Positions 1 to 9,348 of a stretch of DNA of 64,000 nt are shown piece after piece. Within the stretch, counting starts at the first letter, position 1. Every line of letters starts with the position of its first letter. Origin of the DNA: Planctomycetota bacterium (GTDB lineage: Bacteria; Planctomycetota; PLA2; JAEUHO01); contig CBDCTJ010000007.1 of assembly GCA_965222115.1 (NCBI GenBank), forward strand, positions 2,528,001-2,592,000, in the 5' to 3' direction. The notes under the pieces are model-generated. The model searched no databases, was not told the origin of the DNA, and saw only the letters and a program-made list of their open reading frames with translations. The translations under genes and the position numbers were made by a program.

Positions 1-8
1 GACAGAGC

Positions 9-1796
9 CTAGAAATCGAACGATAGCCCTACAAAGAACGTGTGCGTCAAGATGCTCTCATCCTTCAAAGTGGCGGGCACAGCACCGCTCGCGGTATTGC
101 TCCAGTCGAGCGCGCTGTTGACATCCACAATGCCGTCTAGATAGAGCAAGCTGTAACCTACGCTCACGCCCACGCTGTCTGAGATGGGCGCACGTATGCC
201 CATTTCGATCTCACCTCCCCACGCAAAGATTGAGTCGTCGTCATCAGACTTTGTGGTTCCGCTTGCCACGATCGCGCGCTGCTCACTTTCAAGGTCGCGC
301 CACGCGATGCCGCCAAACGCCTTTGCAGAGATTTCCAGATTTACGTCATCGGTAAGTTTGAATTCGGCGCCGATTCCACCCTGGGCGCCGATAAATGTCG
401 TGGACGCCTCGACATCTAATCTCGGTGCCCCTACAAAGGCAGGGTTGATGGGGGCCGCAAAGTCGATGACCGACCCATCTTCATTGACCACGATGCCCCG
501 AACCCCGATGATGCCGTCAACATCCGCTGTTCGAGACGACGAAAGCTGAGGGCGATAGCTTATCTCGCCATGAAACACGTCGAGGTCGCGAGCCACGCGC
601 GCGGCGTTGAGCGGTGTTGTGGTGACCACACCGCCGGGTGTGTCCGAGTAGGTAAATGTGGCTCGCTGCCGGGTGATATCGTCAAACCCGCCAAGGTAGG
701 TGAACTGTGCGTGCAGACGCGAATCGGCACCGGTGCGCAGCATGAGTCCAGCGCGCCCCCCAAAGCGACCGTCGTAGTTCAGTTCATCCCAGTGAAAGCC
801 CGCCAGCGGCCCCGGAAGGGCGATGATGTCCTCGGGATCGTCCGCTGGAAGCGTATAGGCGCCTTGAATCGTCAGTCGTGACGTGTTGCGTCGAACCACG
901 GAAATAGAGCGCCCAACGGGCCCCAGCGGTGGCGGCAAGCTCTCGGGCAAAGGTGGCACGGGCGTGTTGATCGGACGTCCAAACTCATCCACAAGTTGTT
1001 CTTGTGATTGGGGTGGTGGGGTGCGCGGTGGCATTCGTGGGGCGTAGGTAATCGGTGGTGAAACTACCGTGTTGGGTCGCGTCTCACGGAAACCTTGTGA
1101 ACTCGTTCCTCGCGGTACCGGCACGATGGGCGGCGACACAACAACGGGGGGTTGGTTGTAGGGCGGTGCCGTCGTTGTTTCGGGCGGAAAGGTTCCCGGT
1201 GGATAGCGCCGTGTTGTCGATGGATGCCCGCGATAGGGATTCACATTTGGGTCTACCGGTGCGAAACGCGGCGGCGCCGTATAGATGTCGGCATCTGTGT
1301 TTGGAACCTGCGGAGGCAACGCGCGAGGCGGCGCTAATGGATCGGGCATGGTTCCCGGAAGTGCAGGGAGTCCTTCGTCAAGTCCTCGCTCGGGAGGTAT
1401 CTGCGGGAGGGGGCGTGTGTGTCGAGGCGTTCCGGCCGGTGCTGTGGGAAACGTTGAAAAGCCCGTAAATGGTTTACCTGGCGTGGCGGGGCGGGGACGC
1501 GTAGGTGGCGTATAGGGCGTGGGCGCTGCGCCGGGTCGAGCACGCGTATCGTACTCATCGTCCGTGCCCGGGCTGAAGTCATCAGCGAGCGCGTTCGGCG
1601 TAACGCACGGCAGAGCGACACACGCGATGGAAAGCGCGGCGGGCATGAGTGCTCGCCAAAGCGAGCGACCGACCGTTTGCCGAACGGCGAACGGCTCAGA
1701 ACATGGGTCGGTGCTTAACACGCTCCCTCCCAAGTGGCGTGAGTCCATTCCAAACAGATCGGTTGCTTCGCCCACAAACTCTGGACGGACAACCAC
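9..1796 (-). CDS. Outer-membrane beta-barrel protein (BBP7-like) with long Pro-rich N-terminal region
   Basis: Signal-peptide-like segment (LMPAALSIACVALPCVTPNALA), then ~230 aa Pro/Thr-rich region, alternating amphipathic strands and a C-terminal FFVGLSFDF (terminal Phe). True start is probably near 1646. Confidence 0.7.
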   Translation of the reverse strand: MVVRPEFVGEATDLFGMDSRHLGGSVLSTDPCSEPFAVRQTVGRSLWRALMPAALSIACVALPCVTPNALADDFSPGTDDEYDTRARPGAAPTPYTPPTRPRPATPGKPFTGFSTFPTAPAGTPRHTRPLPQIPPERGLDEGLPALPGTMPDPLAPPRALPPQVPNTDADIYTAPPRFAPVDPNVNPYRGHPSTTRRYPPGTFPPETTTAPPYNQPPVVVSPPIVPVPRGTSSQGFRETRPNTVVSPPITYAPRMPPRTPPPQSQEQLVDEFGRPINTPVPPLPESLPPPLGPVGRSISVVRRNTSRLTIQGAYTLPADDPEDIIALPGPLAGFHWDELNYDGRFGGRAGLMLRTGADSRLHAQFTYLGGFDDITRQRATFTYSDTPGGVVTTTPLNAARVARDLDVFHGEISYRPQLSSSRTADVDGIIGVRGIVVNEDGSVIDFAAPINPAFVGAPRLDVEASTTFIGAQGGIGAEFKLTDDVNLEISAKAFGGIAWRDLESEQRAIVASGTTKSDDDDSIFAWGGEIEMGIRAPISDSVGVSVGYSLLYLDGIVDVNSALDWSNTASGAVPATLKDESILTHTFFVGLSFDF

Positions 1797-1999
1797 AATT
1801 GGGCACGCATCTTAGCCGTTCTGCGCAGCGTGCAGCCTTGAGATGTCGCCGCGCGTTGCCGCAAAACAATCAAGACCCTAACGCGGTCGTCATCGCTTCG
1901 TATCACGTTTGATTGGCGGGTCCACGGCTCATGTCCGATGAATGAAGTGTACGGCACGGAGGCTCGCGCATTTCCGTCACGCTCTCGCTTGCTGTTCTC

Positions 2000-2425
2000 G
2001 TGGTATCGCTTTGCTTCGTAGTGGGCGCATTGCTTGTTGTGCGCCGTACGCGCGTTCAGCGAACGCGAAGCACGAAACGCACTCGTCGTTTGGGGCGACG
2101 AGGCGAAGAACGCGCATGGCGCATACTTCAGAATGCGGGGTACCGCATTGTGGAACGCGAATGCGTCGCTGAAGGCGTGCTCGCCGTGGACGGGGTCGAG
2201 GTGCGCTACGCCGTCCGCGCCGACGCCATCGTTGCGCGCAAAGGGAAGATGTACGTTGCCGAGGCAAAGGGCGGCGATGTGTCGGCGAAGATTTCAACAC
2301 GCGCGACACGACGGCAACTCATGGAGTACGCCTGGATCTTCCCGGTCGATGGGGTGCTGCTGGTGGACAGTCACAATCGACGTATTCACACCATTCACTT
2401 TGTCCGCCGTGCGCGAGCCAATTGA
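2000..2425 (+). CDS. Membrane-anchored YraN-like PD-(D/E)XK nuclease-fold protein
   Basis: N-terminal hydrophobic helix, then LGRRGEERAWRILQNAGYRIVER (YraN-like start), ADAIV and VAEAK (D...ExK). Confidence 0.6.
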   Translation: MVSLCFVVGALLVVRRTRVQRTRSTKRTRRLGRRGEERAWRILQNAGYRIVERECVAEGVLAVDGVEVRYAVRADAIVARKGKMYVAEAKGGDVSAKISTRATRRQLMEYAWIFPVDGVLLVDSHNRRIHTIHFVRRARAN

Positions 2426-2485
2426 TAATGAATCGGTTGCGCAGTCGCCTGTCTTTAGTCGCTAATAATTCACGTTTGGAGATGA

Positions 2486-3364
2486 GTGGTGCCCTGGACA
2501 AGCGCACGAACGGGATACAATCGAGGTCCACGTCCGCCGTGGTATTGCGTGAAGGAGCAAGTCGTGGTTCGCCCTGTCGCATTGCGTGCCGTGTTCGCCT
2601 TCGTCATCTTGATGGCGTTTGGCACATTCGTTTCGACGTCTGCGTACGCCAGCGATGCATGGGCCGTGGGCGACGACGAGCGTGACGAGTGGCGACCGCG
2701 CTCACCCCATCGCGTTGAAATTGATTGCAGTGTTGTTGCGGAGCAATTAGTTCGTCAGATTCGCGTTCGCGATCGGGACACATTCGGGCATATCGCCAAG
2801 CGGGAACTCGGTTCGGTTCGTCAAGTGCACCGCATCCGTGAACTCAATCCGGGCATTATGCCCACGCGTATTCGTCCCGGACAGGCCCTTTGGCTACCGC
2901 CTCGAAACGGCGGCTATGCCCTCTTCCTTTGGCATACGGATGGCGACAACATAGAGCTCAGCTCCTATGCGCCCGGTCAAGAGGTCCCCGACAGCGCCGA
3001 CGAGTTTTCGATTGTGGCTGTACCCACCGGCAAGCTCGAATCGTTTCGCAAGTGGCAGCGTTCTGCCAGCACACCCGTCGACCCTGCGCACATTGCTCAC
3101 GCCATGCATTCGCCGGTCATGCGCCGCCCCACATCGTCAAGCGTCGCCTCCGGTACAGATACCACGTTGACCACGTGCCGGCTCACGGCCATTGGCGACG
3201 ACGGTGTGTCCGTGGAGCGTTCCACGCGATCGTACGACCGTCAAGGGCGCCCGCTTGTTGCGCGCTCGCGCGGACAGGGGCTGGGCCTCCTGATTTCGGC
3301 CTTTGTGGTCGTGCTTTTGGCAGGTGTGGTGATTGTCCTGGCCTATCGACTTGAGCGGACGTGA
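2486..3364 (+). CDS. LysM-domain exported protein with C-terminal TM anchor
   Basis: Signal peptide ending AYA; LysM motif VRDRDTFGHIAKRELG...IRELNPGIMPTRIRPGQALWLP; C-terminal hydrophobic helix. Confidence 0.7.
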   Translation: MVPWTSARTGYNRGPRPPWYCVKEQVVVRPVALRAVFAFVILMAFGTFVSTSAYASDAWAVGDDERDEWRPRSPHRVEIDCSVVAEQLVRQIRVRDRDTFGHIAKRELGSVRQVHRIRELNPGIMPTRIRPGQALWLPPRNGGYALFLWHTDGDNIELSSYAPGQEVPDSADEFSIVAVPTGKLESFRKWQRSASTPVDPAHIAHAMHSPVMRRPTSSSVASGTDTTLTTCRLTAIGDDGVSVERSTRSYDRQGRPLVARSRGQGLGLLISAFVVVLLAGVVIVLAYRLERT

Positions 3365-3524
3365 CGCACTCAAAACCGACGCAGTTCATACCCACCCTCG
3401 CAAACCCGTCCTCGTAAACCCTGGGAACGCACGCTCAGGATTGGGGGACGTATGTCGTACGATGTACGTTGCCTTCCGCCGTTCGGGGCACCCAAACGTC
3501 TCTTATTATGGAGTGAATTGACTC

Positions 3525-4373
3525 GTGCGATCGTATCTGGATCTACTTCGAGAGGTACTGGAGGAAGGCAGCGGTCGCGACGATCGCACCGGTACGGGAA
3601 CGCGCAGTCTCTTTGGACGGCAGCTTCGTTTCAACCTACGCGATCACTTCCCATTGCTCACGACCAAGAAAGTGCATGTGCACTCGGTGATCGTGGAATT
3701 GCTCTGGTTCTTGCGTGGCGACACGCACGTCAAGTGGCTTCAAGATCGCAAGGTACGGATCTGGAATGAATGGGCCACAGAAGAACAGTGCGCGCGGTTT
3801 GGACGCCAAGCGGGTGACTTGGGCCCCGTGTATGGGCATCAGTGGCGCAATTTTGGTGCCACGCGCGGCGCCGACGGCTCGTACAACCGCGATGGCGTCG
3901 ATCAGATCAAGCGGGTTGTTGCTTCCATTCGCGACAACCCCACGAGTCGGCGACATTTGGTAAGCGGTTGGAACCCTGCGGAGGCCGACCAGGTTGCCCT
4001 GCCACCGTGTCATACGCTGTTTCAATTCTACGTAGACAACGAAAAGCGCGAACTTTCGTGTCAGCTCTACCAACGCAGTGCCGACATTTTTTTGGGTGTG
4101 CCCTTCAATATCGCAAGCTACAGCTTGCTCACCGCGATGATTGCGCACGTGTGTGAACTTTTGCCGGGGGACTTCGTCCACACATTTGGTGATGTGCATC
4201 TCTACAACAATCACGTCGAACAAGCAAAGACCCAGTTGGCTCGCACGCCGACGAAGCCACCCACACTCAAGCTGAACGAGTCCGTGAAGGATCTGTTTTC
4301 GTTTACGCCCGACGACATTCAGATCGTTGACTACAACCCCGCGCCCGCCATTCGCGCGCCCGTGTCGGTGTAG
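3525..4373 (+). CDS. thyA: Thymidylate synthase
   Basis: [37 protein letters not shown] and GDVHLYNNH motifs. Confidence 0.98.
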   Translation: MRSYLDLLREVLEEGSGRDDRTGTGTRSLFGRQLRFNLRDHFPLLTTKKVHVHSVIVELLWFLRGDTHVKWLQDRKVRIWNEWATEEQCARFGRQAGDLGPVYGHQWRNFGATRGADGSYNRDGVDQIKRVVASIRDNPTSRRHLVSGWNPAEADQVALPPCHTLFQFYVDNEKRELSCQLYQRSADIFLGVPFNIASYSLLTAMIAHVCELLPGDFVHTFGDVHLYNNHVEQAKTQLARTPTKPPTLKLNESVKDLFSFTPDDIQIVDYNPAPAIRAPVSV

Positions 4374-4375
4374 GC

Positions 4376-4858
4376 ATGAGTCCCCTTTCGTTGGTGGTGG
4401 CCTGGGCCGAAAACCAAGTCATTGGCAAAGACGGCAAGATGCCGTGGCATTTCACCGAGGACATGAAACATTTCAAGCGTGTGACGACGGGTCACGCGGT
4501 CATCATGGGGCGTAAGACGCACGAATCGATCGGTATGGTGTTGCCCGGGCGACGAAACATTGTGTTGTCACGCAACAAGGCCTACGAATCCGAAGGTTGC
4601 GACGTCGCACACAGTTGGGCGTTGGCGCTCAACCTCGCGCGCGAAAAAGACTCGGATCCACGCGTGATTGGCGGGGCCGAAATCTATCGCATGGCGCTGC
4701 CCCACGTGACCACCTTTCATGTGACGCGAGTTGGCCTTGCCGTGGAAGGTGATACACACTTTCCCTACCTCGACTTCACGCGATTGGCACTCCGCGAACA
4801 TCGTAAGGGCGAGACGCCCGAGCTAACGTTTCAGCGCTACGAGCGACGCCACACGTGA
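4376..4858 (+). CDS. folA: Dihydrofolate reductase
   Basis: VIGKDGKMPWH, VIMGRKTHESI, LPGRRNIVLS, IGGAEIY and GDTHFP motifs; directly downstream of thyA. Confidence 0.97.
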   Translation: MSPLSLVVAWAENQVIGKDGKMPWHFTEDMKHFKRVTTGHAVIMGRKTHESIGMVLPGRRNIVLSRNKAYESEGCDVAHSWALALNLAREKDSDPRVIGGAEIYRMALPHVTTFHVTRVGLAVEGDTHFPYLDFTRLALREHRKGETPELTFQRYERRHT

Positions 4859-4871
4859 GCATTCACTCACG

Positions 4872-5987
4872 CTATGACCAAAGCCATGCGCTCAGCGTCT
4901 TGTAGGCGTCATGGACCGCTTCACGAGGACACCACTCGCCAACTTGGTGGGCTTGTGCGCCGGCGCCCGGTCCGTAGTTGATGGCGTCCAGTCCGTGAAC
5001 CGAAAGGCGACCCACGTCTGTCCAGGCTTGTTTCGCCGACGTCGTCATGGGTGGGGACGTTGAGTTTTGCAACGCCAGCATGAGTTCGTTGTCTCCGCAG
5101 ACGCGTCCCGAGGGGCAAACGTCCCGGAGTTCGATCTCGAGCGCGCGTTCGTCTTCCACGGCCGCATGTTTGCGAATCCACGCTTGAATCCAGGCCACGG
5201 CGTCTTCGGGGGTGCGATCTGGCCCGTAACGGAAGTTGATGTTCACTGAACAGGCACCGGGAACAACATTTCGGGCGCCTACATAGTCGATCATGGTGGC
5301 GGAGCACACTTCAACGAAGCGGTGGCCGTGTTGCATGACTTCGCGTGGGGGCAGCGATCGCAGTGCATTCAAAAGGGGCGCGGCGAGGTGAATGGCGTTT
5401 TGACCCTGCCAAGGACGCGCCGAATGTGCACGTTTGCCTTTGAAGTGGGCGCAGGCGTGCAATGTGCCGAGACAGCCAAGTTCGATGCCGTTGTCGGTGG
5501 GTTCCATCGCAATTGCGAGGTCAATCTGTTCGAATGCTTCCGGCGCCGCGTCCATCACTTCGGGAAGCCCAGATGCGTGAAACGGGCCTTCTTCCCGAGC
5601 ATAGAGCACGCCAATCACATCGACGTCGGCTGACTGGGTAGCGGCGCGAGCCAAGAGCGCGAGGAGCACCGCGTCGGCGCATTTCATGTCCGAGGCACCC
5701 AACCCGTAGATTCGATTCCCCTCGATACGTGGGGGATTCTCATCGGAGCGCGGAACCGTATCCAAATGGCCCAACAACAAGACGCGCTGCTTATCCTTGC
5801 GCGGTGCGTGTGGGACGAGCAGCACATTGTCACCAATGCGCTCGACCCGATGAAACCCGCACGATTTCCCATAGTCCACCACAAACGACGCAAGTTCTGC
5901 CTCGTTGCCAATCTGGCTATCGATCGTTAGCAGGTTGAGGCAGAGACGCTCAAGATCGTCTCGCGACATGATGGCTGGCGACGTCAC
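4872..5987 (-). CDS. dapE: Succinyl-diaminopimelate desuccinylase (M20 family)
   Basis: GHLDTVP, GLGASDMK, REEG, MEPT, HSARPW, WTDV and AHQ motifs; follows dapD. A GTG at 5987 overlaps the dapD stop; alternative ATG at 5969. Confidence 0.88.
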   Translation of the reverse strand: MTSPAIMSRDDLERLCLNLLTIDSQIGNEAELASFVVDYGKSCGFHRVERIGDNVLLVPHAPRKDKQRVLLLGHLDTVPRSDENPPRIEGNRIYGLGASDMKCADAVLLALLARAATQSADVDVIGVLYAREEGPFHASGLPEVMDAAPEAFEQIDLAIAMEPTDNGIELGCLGTLHACAHFKGKRAHSARPWQGQNAIHLAAPLLNALRSLPPREVMQHGHRFVEVCSATMIDYVGARNVVPGACSVNINFRYGPDRTPEDAVAWIQAWIRKHAAVEDERALEIELRDVCPSGRVCGDNELMLALQNSTSPPMTTSAKQAWTDVGRLSVHGLDAINYGPGAGAQAHQVGEWCPREAVHDAYKTLSAWLWS

Positions 5988-6799
5988 AGGGCAAAGGTCC
6001 GCAGCGTGTCGTTGAGTGAGGTCTTCTTGTCGGTACTCGCACTTCGCTCGCCAATGATCAATGCGCACGGGAGTTCGTACGTGCCACCGGGAAATTGGCG
6101 CGGGCGCGTACCCGGGATGACGACGGCGCCCGGGGGAACGGTTTGTTTCAACGTGACGGGGGTTTCAGTACGTACGTCGATAATGTGTGTGGATGCGGTG
6201 AGCACCACGTTGGCGCCAAGCACAGCGCCCTTACCGATGTGAACGCCCTCCACCACAATGCAGCGCGACCCAATGAAGCAATCGTCTTCGATAATGACGG
6301 GCCTTGCACCGGGCGGTTCCAGCACCCCACCAATACCAACACCACCACTCAGATGAACGCCGCGCCCAATCTGTGCACAGGAACCCACGGTGGCCCACGT
6401 ATCCACCATGGTGCCGGAGCCGACCCACGCTCCGATGTTCACGAAACCAGGCATCACGACGACGCCGCGTTCCAGAAACGATCCGTAGCGCACGACGCCA
6501 CCCGGAACCACGCGAATGCCCGCCTCCGCCAAGCCCGATTTAAGTGGCACCTTGTCGTGATACGCCGCAGGCCCCGCGTTCCACGCCTCCATCGGCGCAA
6601 CGGCGAAGTAGAGTGAGACGGCTTGCTGAATCCACGCGTGCACGGTCCACGAACCGTCGTCCTCCTGAGTGGCCACGCGCAATCGGCCTGCATCCAAGTC
6701 TGCAACTACCGAAAGCACCGCATCCTTGGCGTCTTGTTCGCGGAGCCGGTCGCGGTTTTCAAAGATCTCGGGAATCAATTCCGCGCGAACGTCTCTCAT
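5984..6799 (-). CDS. dapD: 2,3,4,5-tetrahydropyridine-2,6-dicarboxylate N-succinyltransferase
   Basis: LDAGRLRVA, YHDKVPLK, FVNIGAWVGSGTMVDTWATVGSCAQIG and SGGVGIGGVLEP motifs; GGAG RBS before the ATG at 6799. Confidence 0.96.
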   Translation of the reverse strand: MRDVRAELIPEIFENRDRLREQDAKDAVLSVVADLDAGRLRVATQEDDGSWTVHAWIQQAVSLYFAVAPMEAWNAGPAAYHDKVPLKSGLAEAGIRVVPGGVVRYGSFLERGVVVMPGFVNIGAWVGSGTMVDTWATVGSCAQIGRGVHLSGGVGIGGVLEPPGARPVIIEDDCFIGSRCIVVEGVHIGKGAVLGANVVLTASTHIIDVRTETPVTLKQTVPPGAVVIPGTRPRQFPGGTYELPCALIIGERSASTDKKTSLNDTLRTFAL

Positions 6800-6883
6800 G
6801 GCACGACTCCTTGGGATGGGAGGGAGCTTGCCCGAAGTGGGGCGCGCGTCCAAGCAAGGCACCAACGAATTACCGTTGTGCCG

Positions 6884-8002
6884 TTATAGGGTGAGGGGCG
6901 CGACATCGTTGGGCAGGACGCGTTCAAGCCACGCGATGCTCTCGCCGCTCTCGGTGTCGCGTACGAGGCAGGTCGTCGTCGCATCATTGGATGTGCGCGC
7001 GCCGAAGCCAAGGCGCACGATGTGTGGACCGGGTCCCCACAGCGCCTCGGCCACGCGTTCGCGCCACGCATGGGCCACGATGCCCATCGTCATGCGCGCG
7101 TTGACTTCACTTATGGGCACGAGCTGTGGGTCCCCCTGATCGCGCCCGTGGACGTAGCCATCCACGCCGTAGGGTCCGAGTAGATCTAATTGGGAGACGA
7201 CCTGCTCCGCACACACTCGCATGGCCGATTGAATTTCGGTTCCCACGAGCATCGAAGGATCGTCGCTAGTGATGATGCTCTCTATCCCTCCCGCGCTGCT
7301 TGATGCGTGGCGATGAATCCAGGTGGGATGCATGCCGTTGCGATGTGTCGTCATACCCACGAGCGCCACGTCTTGAATCTGGTTTCGCCATGGCTCCACA
7401 ACCGCACCGCCGTGGCGTTGCACGAGCTTCTCGATTCGCTGGTGGAGCCGCGACGCGTCGCGACGATCCGCGCCGCGCAGCCGATCGCGCCCGGCCACAG
7501 AGAGGTCGCCTTTGACGACCCACGGTGCGTGCCACACGTCGTGATCGAGATCGACGTCTCCGATGGTTCGTAACGCCATAGATTCATTGAGGCCCAGTTC
7601 GCTAAGTGTCGTCCGTCGATTCGCATGGATGCGTTCATCGGTCGTCATTGCTGTCGGCTGCCAAATCGCTTCCGCGATGGCATCTGGCTTGCTATGAATC
7701 GTGGGGGCGACACCGATCGCGCCACACGACCAATCGAGCGTTGCGTCGTCGTGCCGTGGCGGCTCGCCCGCTTTCGTATGAATCCGTGCAATGCCCGGGA
7801 GATCCGGCATCGAGTTCACGTCAACCGGTTCTAGCGACCACAGGGTGTCTCCGTCTTGCGCAAACACGCGCAGGAGAGTTCCGAGCAAACTCAGTCGGCG
7901 TCGTAAGGGGTGAGGCAAGGCATTGCTAGGTTGATTTGACCGTGTGGGTCCGCGTAACCATCGCGACTCAACGTCAAGCGACGCCACAATGTGACGCGTC
8001 AT
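6884..8002 (-). CDS. ATP-grasp-fold protein
   Basis: PWVVKGDLSVAGRDR, VVEPW, GPYGVDGY and ISEVNARMTMG motifs typical of ATP-grasp; ATGA overlap with the upstream DUF455 gene. Confidence 0.65.
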   Translation of the reverse strand: MTRHIVASLDVESRWLRGPTRSNQPSNALPHPLRRRLSLLGTLLRVFAQDGDTLWSLEPVDVNSMPDLPGIARIHTKAGEPPRHDDATLDWSCGAIGVAPTIHSKPDAIAEAIWQPTAMTTDERIHANRRTTLSELGLNESMALRTIGDVDLDHDVWHAPWVVKGDLSVAGRDRLRGADRRDASRLHQRIEKLVQRHGGAVVEPWRNQIQDVALVGMTTHRNGMHPTWIHRHASSSAGGIESIITSDDPSMLVGTEIQSAMRVCAEQVVSQLDLLGPYGVDGYVHGRDQGDPQLVPISEVNARMTMGIVAHAWRERVAEALWGPGPHIVRLGFGARTSNDATTTCLVRDTESGESIAWLERVLPNDVAPLTL

Positions 8003-8820
8003 CGTGGCGCTCCACCCGGTCGCGTGGGCGCGGTTGCTTCAAGGCGAGCCACGAACTCCGGTGAAAATCCCGCAGCGCCTCGGCTGGGGCCATCAAAGTC
8101 TTTACCGCGAGCGCGTTCCGGACCGTTAGGTGGGACCACGTGTTCGATGTAGGCGTCCCACATGGTCTGTTCAGTCCGTTTCCACTTTTTGAGCCACGCC
8201 CAGGCGAAGGCAACGTGACGAATCTCATCTTCATGTACGGTTCGAAGAATCTTCGCTGTCTTCTTGTCATTCGCATCGTCCGCCGCACGGGCCAGTTCGA
8301 GTGCAAAGTCAAGATTCGCGCTCTCATAGGTCATTCCCATTGCGCAAATGAAGCGAAGCGGCGTCGTATAGGTGTCTACGCGCCGCCAAAAGTGTGCGGT
8401 AACGGGCAGCGCGCCAAATGTGCTCCCAAGTTCACTCAGCCGTTCCATGTAGAGCCGCAAATGACGTTGCTCATCGGCAATAATCTGAACGCACCCAGCG
8501 CGAAAGGCATCGGGCGTATCGGGGAAGGCCAACAGCGCATAGGCAAACAACTCGATGGCTTGCAACTCGTGATTCGCGTGGGCGTGAAGAATGCGAATCC
8601 GTTGCGCGGGATCCTTCAATCCGGACGGCGGCGGCACACGAACGCGGCGGGTGTAGTCGATGGCAAGCGCGCCGGGGCGACCCGGCAAGTGTTCTGTGTT
8701 TGTGGGCAGCGGAAGTCGCGCCTCGACGGCATCGCGCAATTCACGGGGCGGCGGGCGGAGCTTTTCATCCAACTCGTCTGTCGCCACCAAATGCAGCGCA
8801 TAGGCCGACACCGAATCCAT
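7999..8820 (-). CDS. Ferritin-like diiron protein, DUF455 family
   Basis: LHAHANHELQAIEL, DEQRH, TYESANLD and HEDEIRHVAF (ExxH pairs). Confidence 0.85.
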   Translation of the reverse strand: MDSVSAYALHLVATDELDEKLRPPPRELRDAVEARLPLPTNTEHLPGRPGALAIDYTRRVRVPPPSGLKDPAQRIRILHAHANHELQAIELFAYALLAFPDTPDAFRAGCVQIIADEQRHLRLYMERLSELGSTFGALPVTAHFWRRVDTYTTPLRFICAMGMTYESANLDFALELARAADDANDKKTAKILRTVHEDEIRHVAFAWAWLKKWKRTEQTMWDAYIEHVVPPNGPERARGKDFDGPSRGAAGFSPEFVARLEATAPTRPGGAPR

Positions 8821-8822
8821 TT

Positions 8823-9341
8823 TCAGTTCGTGTCCTCGTGAGGGGAACTTACTTTCGGTACGCCGTGCAGCGCAAGATGCAAGTTGGTAAAGCGGATATC
8901 CGTACTCACGTCGGTCCACAGCCAGCCGATGGGTGGATGGGGTGCGGGCTCACCCTCATCCACTTCCCGCTCCACAAGGATGAGTCCGGTCAACGCGCTC
9001 CCAAAGACGTCGACCTCGAGGCCCTCGTACAGATAGCGCGTCTTCTTGATGCAGGCGAGTGACTGGTTCATCAGCGTGGAAGCGTCTGGCAGTGGGATTT
9101 CATACTCCAGTTCACCGGACACGCGAGGCCCCGCGTCATTTGACGTGGATCGCGTTTCGTCGTTCGCGGGCCATTTGATGGTTAGCGACCCCTTGCCTGC
9201 GCGTACACGCACCCGGACTACGGGCGCTGCCGAAGAGAGGTAGCCCTGCGAGATTTCAGTGGACGGGGCGGCGATCAGTCGAGCTCTCGCGGCATCCGAA
9301 ATCGACGTCACATGAAATTTCCATTCGCGTTCAATAGCCAT
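8823..9341 (-). CDS. CYTH-domain protein (triphosphate tunnel metalloenzyme)
   Basis: IEREWKF (ExExK), ISQGYL, VRVR, LTIK, ELEYEIP, IKKTRY and EVDVF motifs. Confidence 0.9.
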   Translation of the reverse strand: MAIEREWKFHVTSISDAARARLIAAPSTEISQGYLSSAAPVVRVRVRAGKGSLTIKWPANDETRSTSNDAGPRVSGELEYEIPLPDASTLMNQSLACIKKTRYLYEGLEVDVFGSALTGLILVEREVDEGEPAPHPPIGWLWTDVSTDIRFTNLHLALHGVPKVSSPHEDTN

Positions 9342-9348
9342 TGCCGCC

